Source: an uncultured Eubacterium sp.
GTDB lineage: Bacteria; Bacillota; Clostridia; Lachnospirales; Lachnospiraceae
DNA: 64,000 nucleotides
Reading direction: 5' to 3'
Assembly (NCBI GenBank): GCA_947385875.1
Contig: CANDMV010000004.1
Location: forward strand, 441 to 64,440
This document shows positions 1 through 9,687 of the stretch, in pieces. The notes below the pieces were generated by a model. That model searched no databases and had not been told where the DNA came from. It worked only from the letters and a program-made list of their open reading frames with translations. Within the stretch, counting starts at the first letter, position 1, and the number at the start of each line of letters is the position of its first letter. The position numbers and the translations under genes were made by a program.

Positions 1-1211
1 TTCATAAATTTTTTCTTTCCTCGTTTTAGTATGAATTCGTTATCAGATATATTTTCAGCTGTATAGGCTGTTTTGATATCTGTAACTTTTTCATTATTCA
101 CGGAAATACCCCCTTGTTCGATTGCACGTCGGCCTTCAGAGCGGCTGGATGCAAGTCCTGATTTGACAAGCAGGGAAATGAGGTCAATGGAGCCTTCAGG
201 AAGATCACTGGATGTTAATGTAACAGAAGGCATGTCTGTCCTGCTGCCTGATCCGGAAAATAGAGCTCTGGCACTATTTTGAGATTTTTCGGCTTCTTCT
301 TCACCATGCACAAGCTTGGTTAATTCATAAGCAAGTATTTCTTTTGCTGTATTCAGCTGGCTTCCCTCCCATTTATCCATTTCATCTATTTGTTCAAGAG
401 GTAGGAATGTAAGCATTCTTAAGCACTTTAGTACGTCTGAATCAGCTACGTTTCTCCAGTACTGATAGAAATCAAATGGCGAAGTTTTATTAGGATCCAG
501 CCATACGGCACCAGATTGAGTCTTACCCATTTTATTTCCTTCAGAGTTTAAAAGCAGATTAATGGTCATTGCGTAAGCGTCTTTCCCGAGCTTGCGCCGG
601 ATTAATTCTGTTCCGCCAAGCATATTGCTCCATTGATCGTCACCACCGAACTGCATGTTGCAGCCATATTTTTGATATAATACATAAAAATCATAGCTCT
701 GCATAATCATATAGTTAAATTCTAAAAAGCTGAGACCTTTTTCCATACGCTGTTTATAGCATTCTGCAGTGAGCATACGATTCACAGAAAAATGAGCGCC
801 TACTTCACGAAGTACATCAATGTAATTTAATCCTAACAGCCAGTCAGCATTGTTGACCATCATTGCTTTGCCATTTGAAAAATCTATAAAACGGCTCATT
901 TGTTTTTTGAAGCAGTCACAGTTATGCTGGATAATTTCGGTAGTCATCATTTGACGCATATCTGTTCGTCCAGATGGGTCTCCGATCATTGCAGTACCCC
1001 CGCCTATTAAGGCAATCGGTTTATTACCTGCTAACTGCAGGCGTTTCATTAGGCATAGAGCCATAAAGTGTCCTACATGGAGACTGTCCGCAGTCGGATC
1101 AAAGCCGATATAGAAAATGGCCTTTCCAGTATTAATTAATTCTTTGATTTCACTTTCATCTGTTACCTGAGCGATCAAACCTCTGGCAACTAATTCATCA
1201 TATAATGTCAT
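1..1211 (-). CDS. tyrS: Tyrosine--tRNA ligase (last few codons run off the left edge; missing from ORF track)
   Basis: Manual translation from ATG at 1211: [19 protein letters not shown]...[17 protein letters not shown] (HIGH-like)...KMGK (KMSKS-like); preceded by a Tyr T-box. Confidence 0.97.
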   Translation of the reverse strand, partial: MTLYDELVARGLIAQVTDESEIKELINTGKAIFYIGFDPTADSLHVGHFMALCLMKRLQLAGNKPIALIGGGTAMIGDPSGRTDMRQMMTTEIIQHNCDCFKKQMSRFIDFSNGKAMMVNNADWLLGLNYIDVLREVGAHFSVNRMLTAECYKQRMEKGLSFLEFNYMIMQSYDFYVLYQKYGCNMQFGGDDQWSNMLGGTELIRRKLGKDAYAMTINLLLNSEGNKMGKTQSGAVWLDPNKTSPFDFYQYWRNVADSDVLKCLRMLTFLPLEQIDEMDKWEGSQLNTAKEILAYELTKLVHGEEEAEKSQNSARALFSGSGSRTDMPSVTLTSSDLPEGSIDLISLLVKSGLASSRSEGRRAIEQGGISVNNEKVTDIKTAYTAENISDNEFILKRGKKKFM

Positions 1212-1237
1212 AATAAATATTCCTTTCTATATTAAAT

Positions 1238-1540
1238 ATAAAAACCCGTCCTCTTTGTATGTTAATATACATACGAAAAGGACGGGCATAGTTCCCGTGT
1301 TACCACCTTTATTTACAGCTGATTCACATCAGCTGCCTTATAAAGTATAATAATAACGCATCAATTTGTGTTGAAGTTATTACGATACTCATACACAATA
1401 ACGAGTGTAATCCGTTGCAGCCTACTGAAAGTTCGGTGCAAAGCTCAAGGATGTATTCATAATAAGCGTTCCACGTACCTCTCATCTGCCGGTTGCTTTC
1501 TGTCTGGTCTGCTTATCATTACTTGTTCCTGTCATAGCCT
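1238..1540 (-). promoter_or_regulatory. T-box riboswitch, Tyr specifier
   Basis: Minus strand has T-box AAGGTGGTAACACG (1309-1296), terminator stem CCCGTCCT/AGGACGGG + U-run (1286-1240), and specifier GAA-TAC-A with TAC at 1455-1453, directly upstream of tyrS. Confidence 0.92.
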
Positions 1541-1556
1541 ATATTTTATACAATTA

Positions 1557-2906
1557 TTATGCATTATAAGAGGTATTCTTTTTTTTGTCAAGATAAAATG
1601 CCGCAAATATAAATCCGATTACATCTGCAAGAATCCATCCGATCGGGACTGACCACCAGATACCAATTACGCCGATCGTGGGAATTGCTGATAATATGTA
1701 GGCTAATGCAACGCGTGTCCCAAGAGATATTACAGTCAGAACAACGGATATTCCTGGTCGTTCTAATGCGCGGAATAGGCCATACAGCAGGAAAAGAAAT
1801 CCGATGCCGCAGTAAAAGCTGCCCTCGATTCTAAGGTAACGGATTCCCTCTGTTATAATGGCAGTTTCTTCTGCGTTAACAAATAACAGCATAAATTGTC
1901 GCGCAAAGATCCATACGACTGCAGAGACAGTAATGCAGAAAATAAATGCTGTCGTAACAGCGCCTTTTAGACCTGTTTGTATGCGGTCGTCTTTTTTAGC
2001 ACCATAATTCTGGGCAATAAATGTAGAAAATGCATTGCCGAAATCCTGCACGGGCATATAGGCAAAAGCATCAATTTTAACAGCGGCTGCGAAAGCTGCC
2101 ATAACGGCAGGGCCAAAGCTGTTGACAACACCCTGGACCAGTAAAATGCCCAGATTCATAATAGACTGCTGAATACACGTCATAACAGAAAAACCAGCGA
2201 TTTCCTGCATACATTGCCAGGAAATTCGATATTCACCTTTATGTATTTTCAAATAAGGAATGCATATTATGGAGTATATTGTAATACCAATGCCAGAGAT
2301 ATATTGAGCAGCGACAGTTGCCGCGGCAGCTCCCCATACAGCCCAGTGCAGTCCAAGTATAAACCATAGATCAAGCATAATATTTAAAACAGTGGATACT
2401 GCTAAAAATATAAGCGGTATGATAGAATTTCCTATAGCCCTAAGCAGGGAAGCAAAATAATTGTATAAGAATGTAGCAGGTATTCCTATAAATATAATAA
2501 TAAGGTAACTGTGCATATCGTGCCATATTTCGTCAGGAACCTTTAAAAATACCTGAATTTTATCAAGGAAAGTGAATGCGAAGATATTTAATATGGCTGT
2601 CAGGGATAAAATAAGAAGGAAAGAAGCACATATCCCTTCTTTCATCCCTGTTTCATCATGTTCTCCATAACGGATTGAGAAGAATGTTCCACTTCCCATG
2701 CATAGTCCTAACAGTATGGAAGTCAAAAATGTCATCAGCGTGAAGGAAGAACCTACTGCCGCCAGTGCATTAGAACCAAGAAATTTTCCTACAATTAATG
2801 TATCAGCGATATTGTAACATTGCTGTAGAAGATTTCCTAAAATCATAGGGACTGCGAAATGCAGCATGGATTTCACAACAGGTCCCTTTGTCATATCTGT
2901 GTACAT
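1557..2906 (-). CDS. MATE family efflux transporter
   Basis: DMTKGPVVKSMLHFAVPMILGNLLQQCYNIADTLIVG N-terminus and internal duplication typical of MATE. Start moved to ATG 2906, which has AGAAAGG upstream. Confidence 0.93.
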   Translation of the reverse strand: MYTDMTKGPVVKSMLHFAVPMILGNLLQQCYNIADTLIVGKFLGSNALAAVGSSFTLMTFLTSILLGLCMGSGTFFSIRYGEHDETGMKEGICASFLLILSLTAILNIFAFTFLDKIQVFLKVPDEIWHDMHSYLIIIFIGIPATFLYNYFASLLRAIGNSIIPLIFLAVSTVLNIMLDLWFILGLHWAVWGAAAATVAAQYISGIGITIYSIICIPYLKIHKGEYRISWQCMQEIAGFSVMTCIQQSIMNLGILLVQGVVNSFGPAVMAAFAAAVKIDAFAYMPVQDFGNAFSTFIAQNYGAKKDDRIQTGLKGAVTTAFIFCITVSAVVWIFARQFMLLFVNAEETAIITEGIRYLRIEGSFYCGIGFLFLLYGLFRALERPGISVVLTVISLGTRVALAYILSAIPTIGVIGIWWSVPIGWILADVIGFIFAAFYLDKKKNTSYNA

Positions 2907-3319
2907 AGTGAACAGCCTTTCTGCAAAGAACCAGTGTTCCATCTAGCATAGCGTCCAGACTGCACAGAGCATGAGCTGCCAGACGAATCCGTGTCCCGTC
3001 AGACGCAGAATCGTCAGGGAGGCTGTAATAAAGTCTAATTTTCCTAGATGGAGCACTGAGGATTTCATAGTTTAGATTTTATTAAAACAAAGGTATTTTA
3101 CTGTATTTTGATTTTTAATTCAAGGGTATGAATGAAAGATCTTTTAGAAGTTTTCGAGCTATGAACAGGCCGATTGGATTATGATGTATTATCAGATAAG
3201 AAAAGGTGATGATACTTAATGAGAACAATGGAATTTGTAAAAGTGCCGTTTCTATTTTGGAGATTATATATTTAAAGTGTGTCATGATGGGCTAAAATGT
3301 TTTATGGTTTTGATATAAT

Positions 3320-3359
3320 AAAAATAGGCAGCTGTACAAAGGTAGTAACAGCTGCCTAT
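3320..3359 (-). terminator. Intrinsic terminator of the ECF/anti-sigma operon
   Basis: ATAGGCAGCTGT/ACAGCTGCCTAT 12-bp stem followed by a T-run on the minus strand. Confidence 0.8.
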
Positions 3360-3412
3360 CTTGACGATAAATTTGGCAAATCTTTAATTACGCGAGTATA
3401 AGTGTGGATATT

Positions 3413-4063
3413 TCAATCTAAATGTGTATAACTGTTCTGATCTGCTGGTGCAGTGGTGGAAACAGAATACCCGTAAGAATTATATTCTTTTCCATCTTCT
3501 TCATATTTGGATTTGGTGATATCAAAATATAAGATCTTGCCTTCGTAAGATGATTTTTTTTCATTATTTATCGAAACCTTACAGCTGTCTTTTTCCTTAA
3601 TCAGATCGGTAATATTATATTTTTTATCACAAAGATAAATCCATACATTTCCGTCTGAATCTTCGTCAACTTCGCTGGATGTCTTTTGTAATACTTCTTC
3701 AGCAGATAGCGGTATTTCGTTTCCATTATCGTCGATCTCAATACCGCCTGCTCCTCCTTCATGCATTTCTCCATTCTCATCTGTAAATGTATACGTATAA
3801 TTTCCATTACCATTATCAGTGACTGTCATCTCTGTCTCTGTTCCATGGAACCATGCATAGATTTTTTCCTGAATGCCGCCCAGGTCAGCTGCATATGCCA
3901 CAGTCATGCTTCCAAATGCTACAGCTACAGCTGCACAGGCTGCTAATGTTTTTTTCATTACATAAGTTTTTTTCATCTTTTCCATTATTTCTACCTCCAA
4001 AGAATTTATTTCGGAGGAATGAAGAGTTGAAAACGCTTTCTTATATTTTTCCTTATTCGTCAT
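3413..4063 (-). CDS. Putative membrane-anchored anti-sigma factor
   Basis: Overlaps the ECF sigma stop; short cytoplasmic N-terminus, one hydrophobic segment (TLAACAAVAVAFGSMTVAYA), acidic extracellular domain. Confidence 0.65.
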   Translation of the reverse strand: MTNKEKYKKAFSTLHSSEINSLEVEIMEKMKKTYVMKKTLAACAAVAVAFGSMTVAYAADLGGIQEKIYAWFHGTETEMTVTDNGNGNYTYTFTDENGEMHEGGAGGIEIDDNGNEIPLSAEEVLQKTSSEVDEDSDGNVWIYLCDKKYNITDLIKEKDSCKVSINNEKKSSYEGKILYFDITKSKYEEDGKEYNSYGYSVSTTAPADQNSYTHLD

Positions 4064-4535
4064 CTTCCCAGTCCTCCTTTAATGTTTGCTTGAGCAGCTT
4101 TCTTCCACGTGAAAGCCTGACTTTTACGTTGCTTTCTGTCATTTTTAATATTTTTGCAATCTCACGGATCGAATAGTCTTCATAATAATATAGGTGAATG
4201 ACAATTCGATATTTATCCGGAAGTGACATAACAGTTTCAAACAGAGTCTCATCTTGTGGTGTCTCAAAAGCCAGTGATTCCATATAATCTTCTAATGGCA
4301 TCTTGTTCTGACGCCAGAAAGACAGATTTACATTTTTAGCTTTGTTGATTGCCACTCGAATCAGCCATGCACGGATATGCTGCTCACTTTCGAACTTTTT
4401 TGTTGTAATATAGTACTGAAGAAACGTTTCTTGGACAATATCATCTGCGTCTGCCGCGTTTTTGCACACATTAAAAGCGACTGCGAAGATATTGTCACGG
4501 TAACGCTTCATCAGCTCATTTGTTGATTGTTTCAT
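4053..4535 (-). CDS. ECF RNA polymerase sigma factor (sigma-70 group 4)
   Basis: DADDIVQETF...AWLIRVAINKAKN (region 2) and LPDKYRIVIHLYYYEDYSIREIAKIL...VKVRLSRGRKLL (region 4). Confidence 0.95.
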   Translation of the reverse strand: MKQSTNELMKRYRDNIFAVAFNVCKNAADADDIVQETFLQYYITTKKFESEQHIRAWLIRVAINKAKNVNLSFWRQNKMPLEDYMESLAFETPQDETLFETVMSLPDKYRIVIHLYYYEDYSIREIAKILKMTESNVKVRLSRGRKLLKQTLKEDWEDDE

Positions 4536-4580
4536 GAGTGATCCCTCATTTTCTGATTTCTTTGAAAGGTCCTTTCACTA

Positions 4581-4611
4581 ATAATACAAATGAAAATACT
4601 AAAAAGTTACA
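4581..4611 (-). promoter_or_regulatory. Putative autoregulated ECF promoter
   Basis: Minus strand TGTAAC-TTTTTAGTATTTTCATT-TGTATTA upstream of the ECF gene resembles TGTAAC..CGTA-type ECF promoters. Confidence 0.55.
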
Positions 4612-4909
4612 ATTAAAAATTTTTTTATGAATATTTTCAATATATGATTGTAAAACGTTTTTTTCAAAATCTCAGTAAGCCTGAAGAGCATTATATATAA
4701 TATGATAATGAAGGTAATGGGTGCAGCATGGTTCTATTGGTATATATTTAGAATTATACTGTTTCATTGTGGGGCATTCAAATAATTTATTGTATTTTTT
4801 TGATAAAAAACCGCACAGTAAATCAGTTTCATCGTTATTCAATATAAATAATGTATTTATGAATAATCTGATGTAATGAAAAGTGGAATAAAAATGATAG
4901 CTTCCTAAT

Positions 4910-5020
4910 AACAGATAAAAGGATAATTTTGAAAACAGATAAAAGGATTATAATTTTGAAAACAGATAAAAGGATTATAAATTCTGAAAAAGAAGAAAAC
5001 TCTGAAAATGGATAAAAGGA
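4910..5020. repeat. Degenerate ~27-bp tandem repeat (3 copies plus a partial copy)
   Basis: ACAGATAAAAGGAT(TAT)AATT(T/C)TGAAA at 4911, 4935 and 4962, decayed copy near 5009. Confidence 0.85.
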
Positions 5021-5122
5021 AAATAAATTCAGATTATTGATCTTATTGAATAAATAGATGATAACGATTCAATTTTAAATATAGTTATACTAGAATGAAT
5101 CTCGGAAAGGGGGAAACCATGA

Positions 5123-5590
5123 GTGGCAATAGAAATAGAAGAACAGTATGACTGTATTTACAGATATTGTTACTATAGACTTCATCATGTGCAGAAAGCA
5201 GAAGACCTGACTCAGGAGGTATTTCTGCGTTATTTAGAAAGTGGATATTTAGAAAATGGACGTCCACTGGCGTATTTGTATACGATTGCCAGAAATCTAT
5301 GTATAGATGAATTTCGTAAGAAAAAGGAAGAATATATAGAAGATTGTTATAATGAGGAAAGATCTAAATATATGGCAGAAGTCGAATTTCAGGAGCTTCT
5401 GGTAGATACCATGACATTAAAGCAGGCTTTGTTATCTCTCAATGAAGAGGAAAGAGAACTGATAATGCTTAGATATGTAAATGAAGTGGGAGTTGCTGAT
5501 TTGGCGGAGATATTTGGTATTTCAAGATTTTCAATGTATAGAAGGATTAAAGGTGCATTAAAAAATTTGAAAAGGAAAATAAAGGAATGA
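5123..5590 (+). CDS. ECF RNA polymerase sigma factor
   Basis: AEDLTQEVFLRY...AYLYTIARNLCIDEFRK; LNEEERELIMLRYVNE...EIFGISRFSMYRRIK. Confidence 0.93.
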   Translation: MAIEIEEQYDCIYRYCYYRLHHVQKAEDLTQEVFLRYLESGYLENGRPLAYLYTIARNLCIDEFRKKKEEYIEDCYNEERSKYMAEVEFQELLVDTMTLKQALLSLNEEERELIMLRYVNEVGVADLAEIFGISRFSMYRRIKGALKNLKRKIKE

Positions 5591-5623
5591 GCATAAAATG
5601 AATAGTTAAAGGGGAGAGATTAC

Positions 5624-6325
5624 ATGAATAAAAAAATGAAGGATGAACTAAAAAAGCTGTATGAAGCACCGATGCCGATAAGAAAACGTGCATTTATGAG
5701 AAAATTATGTCCACAGCCAGTCAGTATTAGGTATATGCTTTGGATTCAAGTATCATATATTTCAAAATGGGAATGGCTGATTTCTCTTATATTATTTGGC
5801 ATTATCGTATTTTTTAGCCGGATGAATGAAATTGTTAAAGTATTTATTGCTGTGCTTGCTGTAATGCCGGTTTTAGCAGCTGGAAGCGTGTCTGAAAGCG
5901 TGCGTTCTGTTACTTATGGGATGAAAGAGCTAGAGAGGTCAGCGCGTTTTTCTGTTAAAAGTGTTGTATTAGCACGTATGTGTATCATGGGTGTGGAGAA
6001 CTTTTTATTTACATGTGCCTGTGCATTATTAATACAAGGAAGATTTCTGCATATTATTGTTTACCTGTTGGTTCCGTATCTGGCTGCAGTATACTTATGT
6101 CTGGTTATTGTAAGAAAAGTATCTGGCAGCGAAGGAATCTTTGCGTGTATTGGCTGTTCGATTGGAATCAGCATTCTTACAATAAGCAGCACTGTGTATA
6201 ATAATACATGGATTTTTCATGAACAATATATCTATGTCTGGGCAGCAGCAGCTGTAATATTAATATACATGAATTTAAAACAAAGCAGATGTATGATACA
6301 GTTTGTGGAAAATTATGCGCTCTGA
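5624..6325 (+). CDS. Multi-pass membrane protein, probable anti-sigma/accessory subunit of the ECF-ABC module
   Basis: GGGGAG RBS; about six hydrophobic segments; GMKELERSARFS motif; sits between the ECF sigma and the ABC ATPase. Confidence 0.7.
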   Translation: MNKKMKDELKKLYEAPMPIRKRAFMRKLCPQPVSIRYMLWIQVSYISKWEWLISLILFGIIVFFSRMNEIVKVFIAVLAVMPVLAAGSVSESVRSVTYGMKELERSARFSVKSVVLARMCIMGVENFLFTCACALLIQGRFLHIIVYLLVPYLAAVYLCLVIVRKVSGSEGIFACIGCSIGISILTISSTVYNNTWIFHEQYIYVWAAAAVILIYMNLKQSRCMIQFVENYAL

Positions 6326-6453
6326 ATTATATCTGCAAAAGTAAAATTTTTCTTGATAAATTATTGGTGTTCACGAGCATATACGGACAATAAATTTGGA
6401 AAATCTTAAATTACGCGAGTATATTAGAGTTATTAGGATGGGAGGAATTAAAT

Positions 6454-7143
6454 ATGGAATTACAGATAGACCGATTGACGAAACAGTATAAAAATAAGAT
6501 TGCGGTAGACCGGATTACTTACTGCTTTCATCAGGGAGTATATGGACTGCTTGGGTCAAATGGCGCCGGAAAGACTACTTTAATGAGAATGATCTGTGGG
6601 ATTTTGCAGCCGACAGGCGGTAACGTTACATTTGACGGAGTGGATGTATCGAGTGAAGAGTATCGAAGTGTATTGGGATATCTGCCTCAGGACTTTGGAT
6701 ATTATCCTAATTTTACTGGAATGGATTTTATGCTGTATATGGCTGCACTAAAAGGTTATGGAAAAAAATATGCTGTAAAGAGATCGAAAGAATTGTTGGA
6801 ACTAGTATCTTTAACAGAATCATCTGGAAAGAAAATTAAGACATATTCTGGAGGGATGAAACAAAGGCTGGGAATCGCGCAGGCATTGTTAAATGATCCT
6901 AAAATATTGATCTTGGATGAACCTACGGCAGGATTGGATCCGAAGGAGCGGGTTAGATTTCGTAATTTGATTGCTGAGCTAGGGAAAGACAGTGTTGTAG
7001 TCTTATCCACACATATCGTATCTGATATTGAACATATCGCAGATGTCGTATTAATGATGAAGGATGGACAGATGATATTTCATGGGAAGAGGGATCAGAT
7101 TAATGAAGATTTGGAAGAATTTTATCTAAAAAAAATAGGATAA
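6454..7143 (+). CDS. ABC transporter ATP-binding protein
   Basis: Walker A GSNGAGKTT, signature YSGGMKQR, Walker B ILILDEPT, H-loop LSTH. Confidence 0.97.
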   Translation: MELQIDRLTKQYKNKIAVDRITYCFHQGVYGLLGSNGAGKTTLMRMICGILQPTGGNVTFDGVDVSSEEYRSVLGYLPQDFGYYPNFTGMDFMLYMAALKGYGKKYAVKRSKELLELVSLTESSGKKIKTYSGGMKQRLGIAQALLNDPKILILDEPTAGLDPKERVRFRNLIAELGKDSVVVLSTHIVSDIEHIADVVLMMKDGQMIFHGKRDQINEDLEEFYLKKIG

Positions 7144-7179
7144 AATTTATATTAGTTTAGATTAGTAATTCTAAATGAA

Positions 7180-8442
7180 ATGATGGTAATTATTAATGAA
7201 CGTGTAATGGAGGAAAGAAAATTGAGACAATTTAACAGACTGGTATATTTTGAGTGGAAAAAGATCTGGAAAAGAAAAGGTACTTGGATCACACTGGCAA
7301 TTTTGGTTTTATTTTATTTTGTAATAGATTTTTCATATTTTTTTGGCTCTAAATATGTAGAGGGAGAATTTATGGAAACACATGTTGAAGGTACAAAGAT
7401 TGATATTGAAAATGGAAAAAGACTAAAGGGGAGAAAAATCGATCAAAAGTTATTGGATGATATGCAGTCAGCGTATACAGAGTATTTACAATCTGATAAT
7501 TTGAAATATCAGCTGACAGAGGATTATCAAAAGAACGTACGACCTTATGAAGATGTGTATTTGATTGTAAAGGAAATGATGTATGGATATTCATCAGGTG
7601 ATGGAGCGATGAGAGTGACAGAAGAGGAATTGTATCAGGCAAGAAATGAGAATGTGAAAGAATCATGGAAATCATACGGGTTGGCTGATTCAGAAATTGA
7701 TTATTGGCAGGAGAAGGAGAATCGTCTTCTAAAACCTTTTACCTATGAATATTCACATGGATATCAGGATCTGATCAGTATGTCAGGAGTCTACAGAGTG
7801 TGTCTTTTAGTCACATTTTTGATTGCGATATGTATGAGCGGAGTGTTTACGGAAGAACACGGGAGAAAGACCGATCAATTAATTTTATGCAGCAAGCTTG
7901 GAAGAAAGCAGATTTATTTTGCTAAAATTGCGGCAGGAAGCTTGTTTTCATTAGCTGTAACAGGCATTTTGCTGTTATGTGGAGTATTTACATCATTGTT
8001 TATGTATGGAACAGATGGTTTTAGTGCTGCGATACAGCTGATGGCACCTCATTATTCAATGATTCTTTCAATAGGTGATGTATTTTTGATTATGTCAGGT
8101 ATTTTGCTGCTGGCTTCTATATTAATGAGTATTTTTACTATGGTGTTATCAGAAATTACAAGAAGCAATATTGCTTCTATGGCAGTGGTTATAGCTTTTA
8201 TGTTTGCAGCAAGGCTGGTTACGATTCCATATGTGTATCGGGTGGTTTCTCAAGCATGGAATATGATACCGATTAATTTACTGAAATTTGATGCAGGATT
8301 CTGGGATTTGAGACTTATTTCTATATTTGGAATAAAATTGACGCTGTGGCAGTTTGCGCCGCTGATCTATGTGGTATTTGGAATTTTAATCATGCTGGCT
8401 GGTAAAAGGATATATTGTGGATACCAGGTAGATGGACGATAA
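7180..8442 (+). CDS. ABC-2 type transporter permease (start uncertain)
   Basis: FEWKKIW N-terminus, large extracellular loop, FTEEHGRKTDQLILCSKLGR EAA-like motif, C-terminal TM segments. Confidence 0.9.
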   Translation: MMVIINERVMEERKLRQFNRLVYFEWKKIWKRKGTWITLAILVLFYFVIDFSYFFGSKYVEGEFMETHVEGTKIDIENGKRLKGRKIDQKLLDDMQSAYTEYLQSDNLKYQLTEDYQKNVRPYEDVYLIVKEMMYGYSSGDGAMRVTEEELYQARNENVKESWKSYGLADSEIDYWQEKENRLLKPFTYEYSHGYQDLISMSGVYRVCLLVTFLIAICMSGVFTEEHGRKTDQLILCSKLGRKQIYFAKIAAGSLFSLAVTGILLLCGVFTSLFMYGTDGFSAAIQLMAPHYSMILSIGDVFLIMSGILLLASILMSIFTMVLSEITRSNIASMAVVIAFMFAARLVTIPYVYRVVSQAWNMIPINLLKFDAGFWDLRLISIFGIKLTLWQFAPLIYVVFGILIMLAGKRIYCGYQVDGR

Positions 8443-8795
8443 AATTGTGAATATCAGGCAGTTTATGTGCATAACGAGGCTATCTTATTTAATGATAGTT
8501 TATAAGTACCTAACTTCCAATGGGCCGGATGCCGTTACATTTTACAGCACAGCCGCTTTTTGGCTGGGGTGTGAAATGTAACAGCGGATGAAAAATTATC
8601 ATTTTATGTGTATATGATTGACACTGATATTATTTAATTATATTATATAATTGGTACAACATCCAAGAAGCACACTTTCGTTTTTTCGTGGAGTCGATAT
8701 TTTATAAGTGCAGTACACTATGAGAACATATGGAATCATTCGTGCTGTATCAAGGATATAGCGCTTGATTATATTATATGAGGGAGGTATTAATT

Positions 8796-9524
8796 ATGAA
8801 TCATTCAGCAGTTAGTCATGAAGCGGGGACAGACATATGGAACCTGGAGTTTTCACAGGATGATAATTTTTTTGGACAGATGCTTGCCGATTATAAGAAA
8901 ATGGGTGCTTACGCGATTGAAATTTCCCTTATCGATGGAACAAAATTTAAGCTTCTGCTAGAGGATTTGTACATTTATTTATGCAGTCAGGTGTATATAC
9001 CGGGATTTGCAGTGGAAGTAAGGGATACCCCGGATGGACAGATTCGATATTATAAGCCTGACAGGTATTATTATTATAATCAGGCAAAAGAGAAGAAAGT
9101 AATTCCAGAAAATAATTTTATAGATCTTATTCAGGAAGAAATCAAAGATTTTAAAAACAGCCGTGATTTTAAAAGCAATTATGTATTTCCTTCGAATAAA
9201 GAAATCTATTCTTTTATTATAAAAAAATTTTATCCGAATAAAGATAAAATCTACAAAAAATGGAATAAAGTCTCTTATAAGATTATCAATAATTTTGTGA
9301 TGGTCAATATAGCAGTATTTGATATTAATGGTGAGGATAATTATAGTGATTATGATATTACGATTGATGCAAAAGTGCCGGTAAAAGATTATGAGAATAA
9401 TTTCTGCTTTAATCTGAACTGTATTGCATCAATTAAGCCGTATTCAGACCAGACGATTGATGTCAGAAGAATTATGGATCAGGATTTTATGGAAGCGATC
9501 AGAGAATATGAGGATAATAAGTAA
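8796..9524 (+). CDS. Hypothetical protein, no recognised family
   Basis: Long open frame; GGGAGG RBS before ATG 8796; Tyr/Asn/Lys-rich soluble protein. Confidence 0.75.
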   Translation: MNHSAVSHEAGTDIWNLEFSQDDNFFGQMLADYKKMGAYAIEISLIDGTKFKLLLEDLYIYLCSQVYIPGFAVEVRDTPDGQIRYYKPDRYYYYNQAKEKKVIPENNFIDLIQEEIKDFKNSRDFKSNYVFPSNKEIYSFIIKKFYPNKDKIYKKWNKVSYKIINNFVMVNIAVFDINGEDNYSDYDITIDAKVPVKDYENNFCFNLNCIASIKPYSDQTIDVRRIMDQDFMEAIREYEDNK

Positions 9525-9630
9525 ATCAGAGTTATTTATGGAAGCGGTCAGAGAATGTAAGGGTAATAAGTAAACAGAATTATTTATGAAAGCGGTCAGA
9601 GAATATAAGGGCAATAAGTAAACAGAGTTA
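9486..9630 (+). repeat. Three tandem 48-49 bp copies of the gene's own 3' end
   Basis: TTTATG(G/A)AAGCG(A/G)TCAGAGAAT...AATAAGTAAA(T)CAGA(G/A)TTA starts at 9486 (inside the CDS, includes its TAA), 9535 and 9583. Confidence 0.9.
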
Positions 9631-9649
9631 TTAGGTTTAAGAAGTGCTG

Positions 9650-9687
9650 AGTGGCGGATTAGGTGAGTGCTGATCCGCCGCTTTTTT
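9650..9687 (+). terminator. Intrinsic terminator
   Basis: AGTGGCGGAT/ATCCGCCGCT stem followed by TTTTTT. Confidence 0.8.

Noticed and set aside
1368-1652. 94-aa + strand ORF
   Set aside because: Overlaps the tyrS T-box and the MATE 3' end on the opposite strand.
4702-4785. 27-aa hydrophobic small ORF (MIMKVMGAAWFYWYIFRIILFHCGAFK)
   Set aside because: No RBS, promoter or antisense context; such ORFs are expected by chance in AT-rich DNA.
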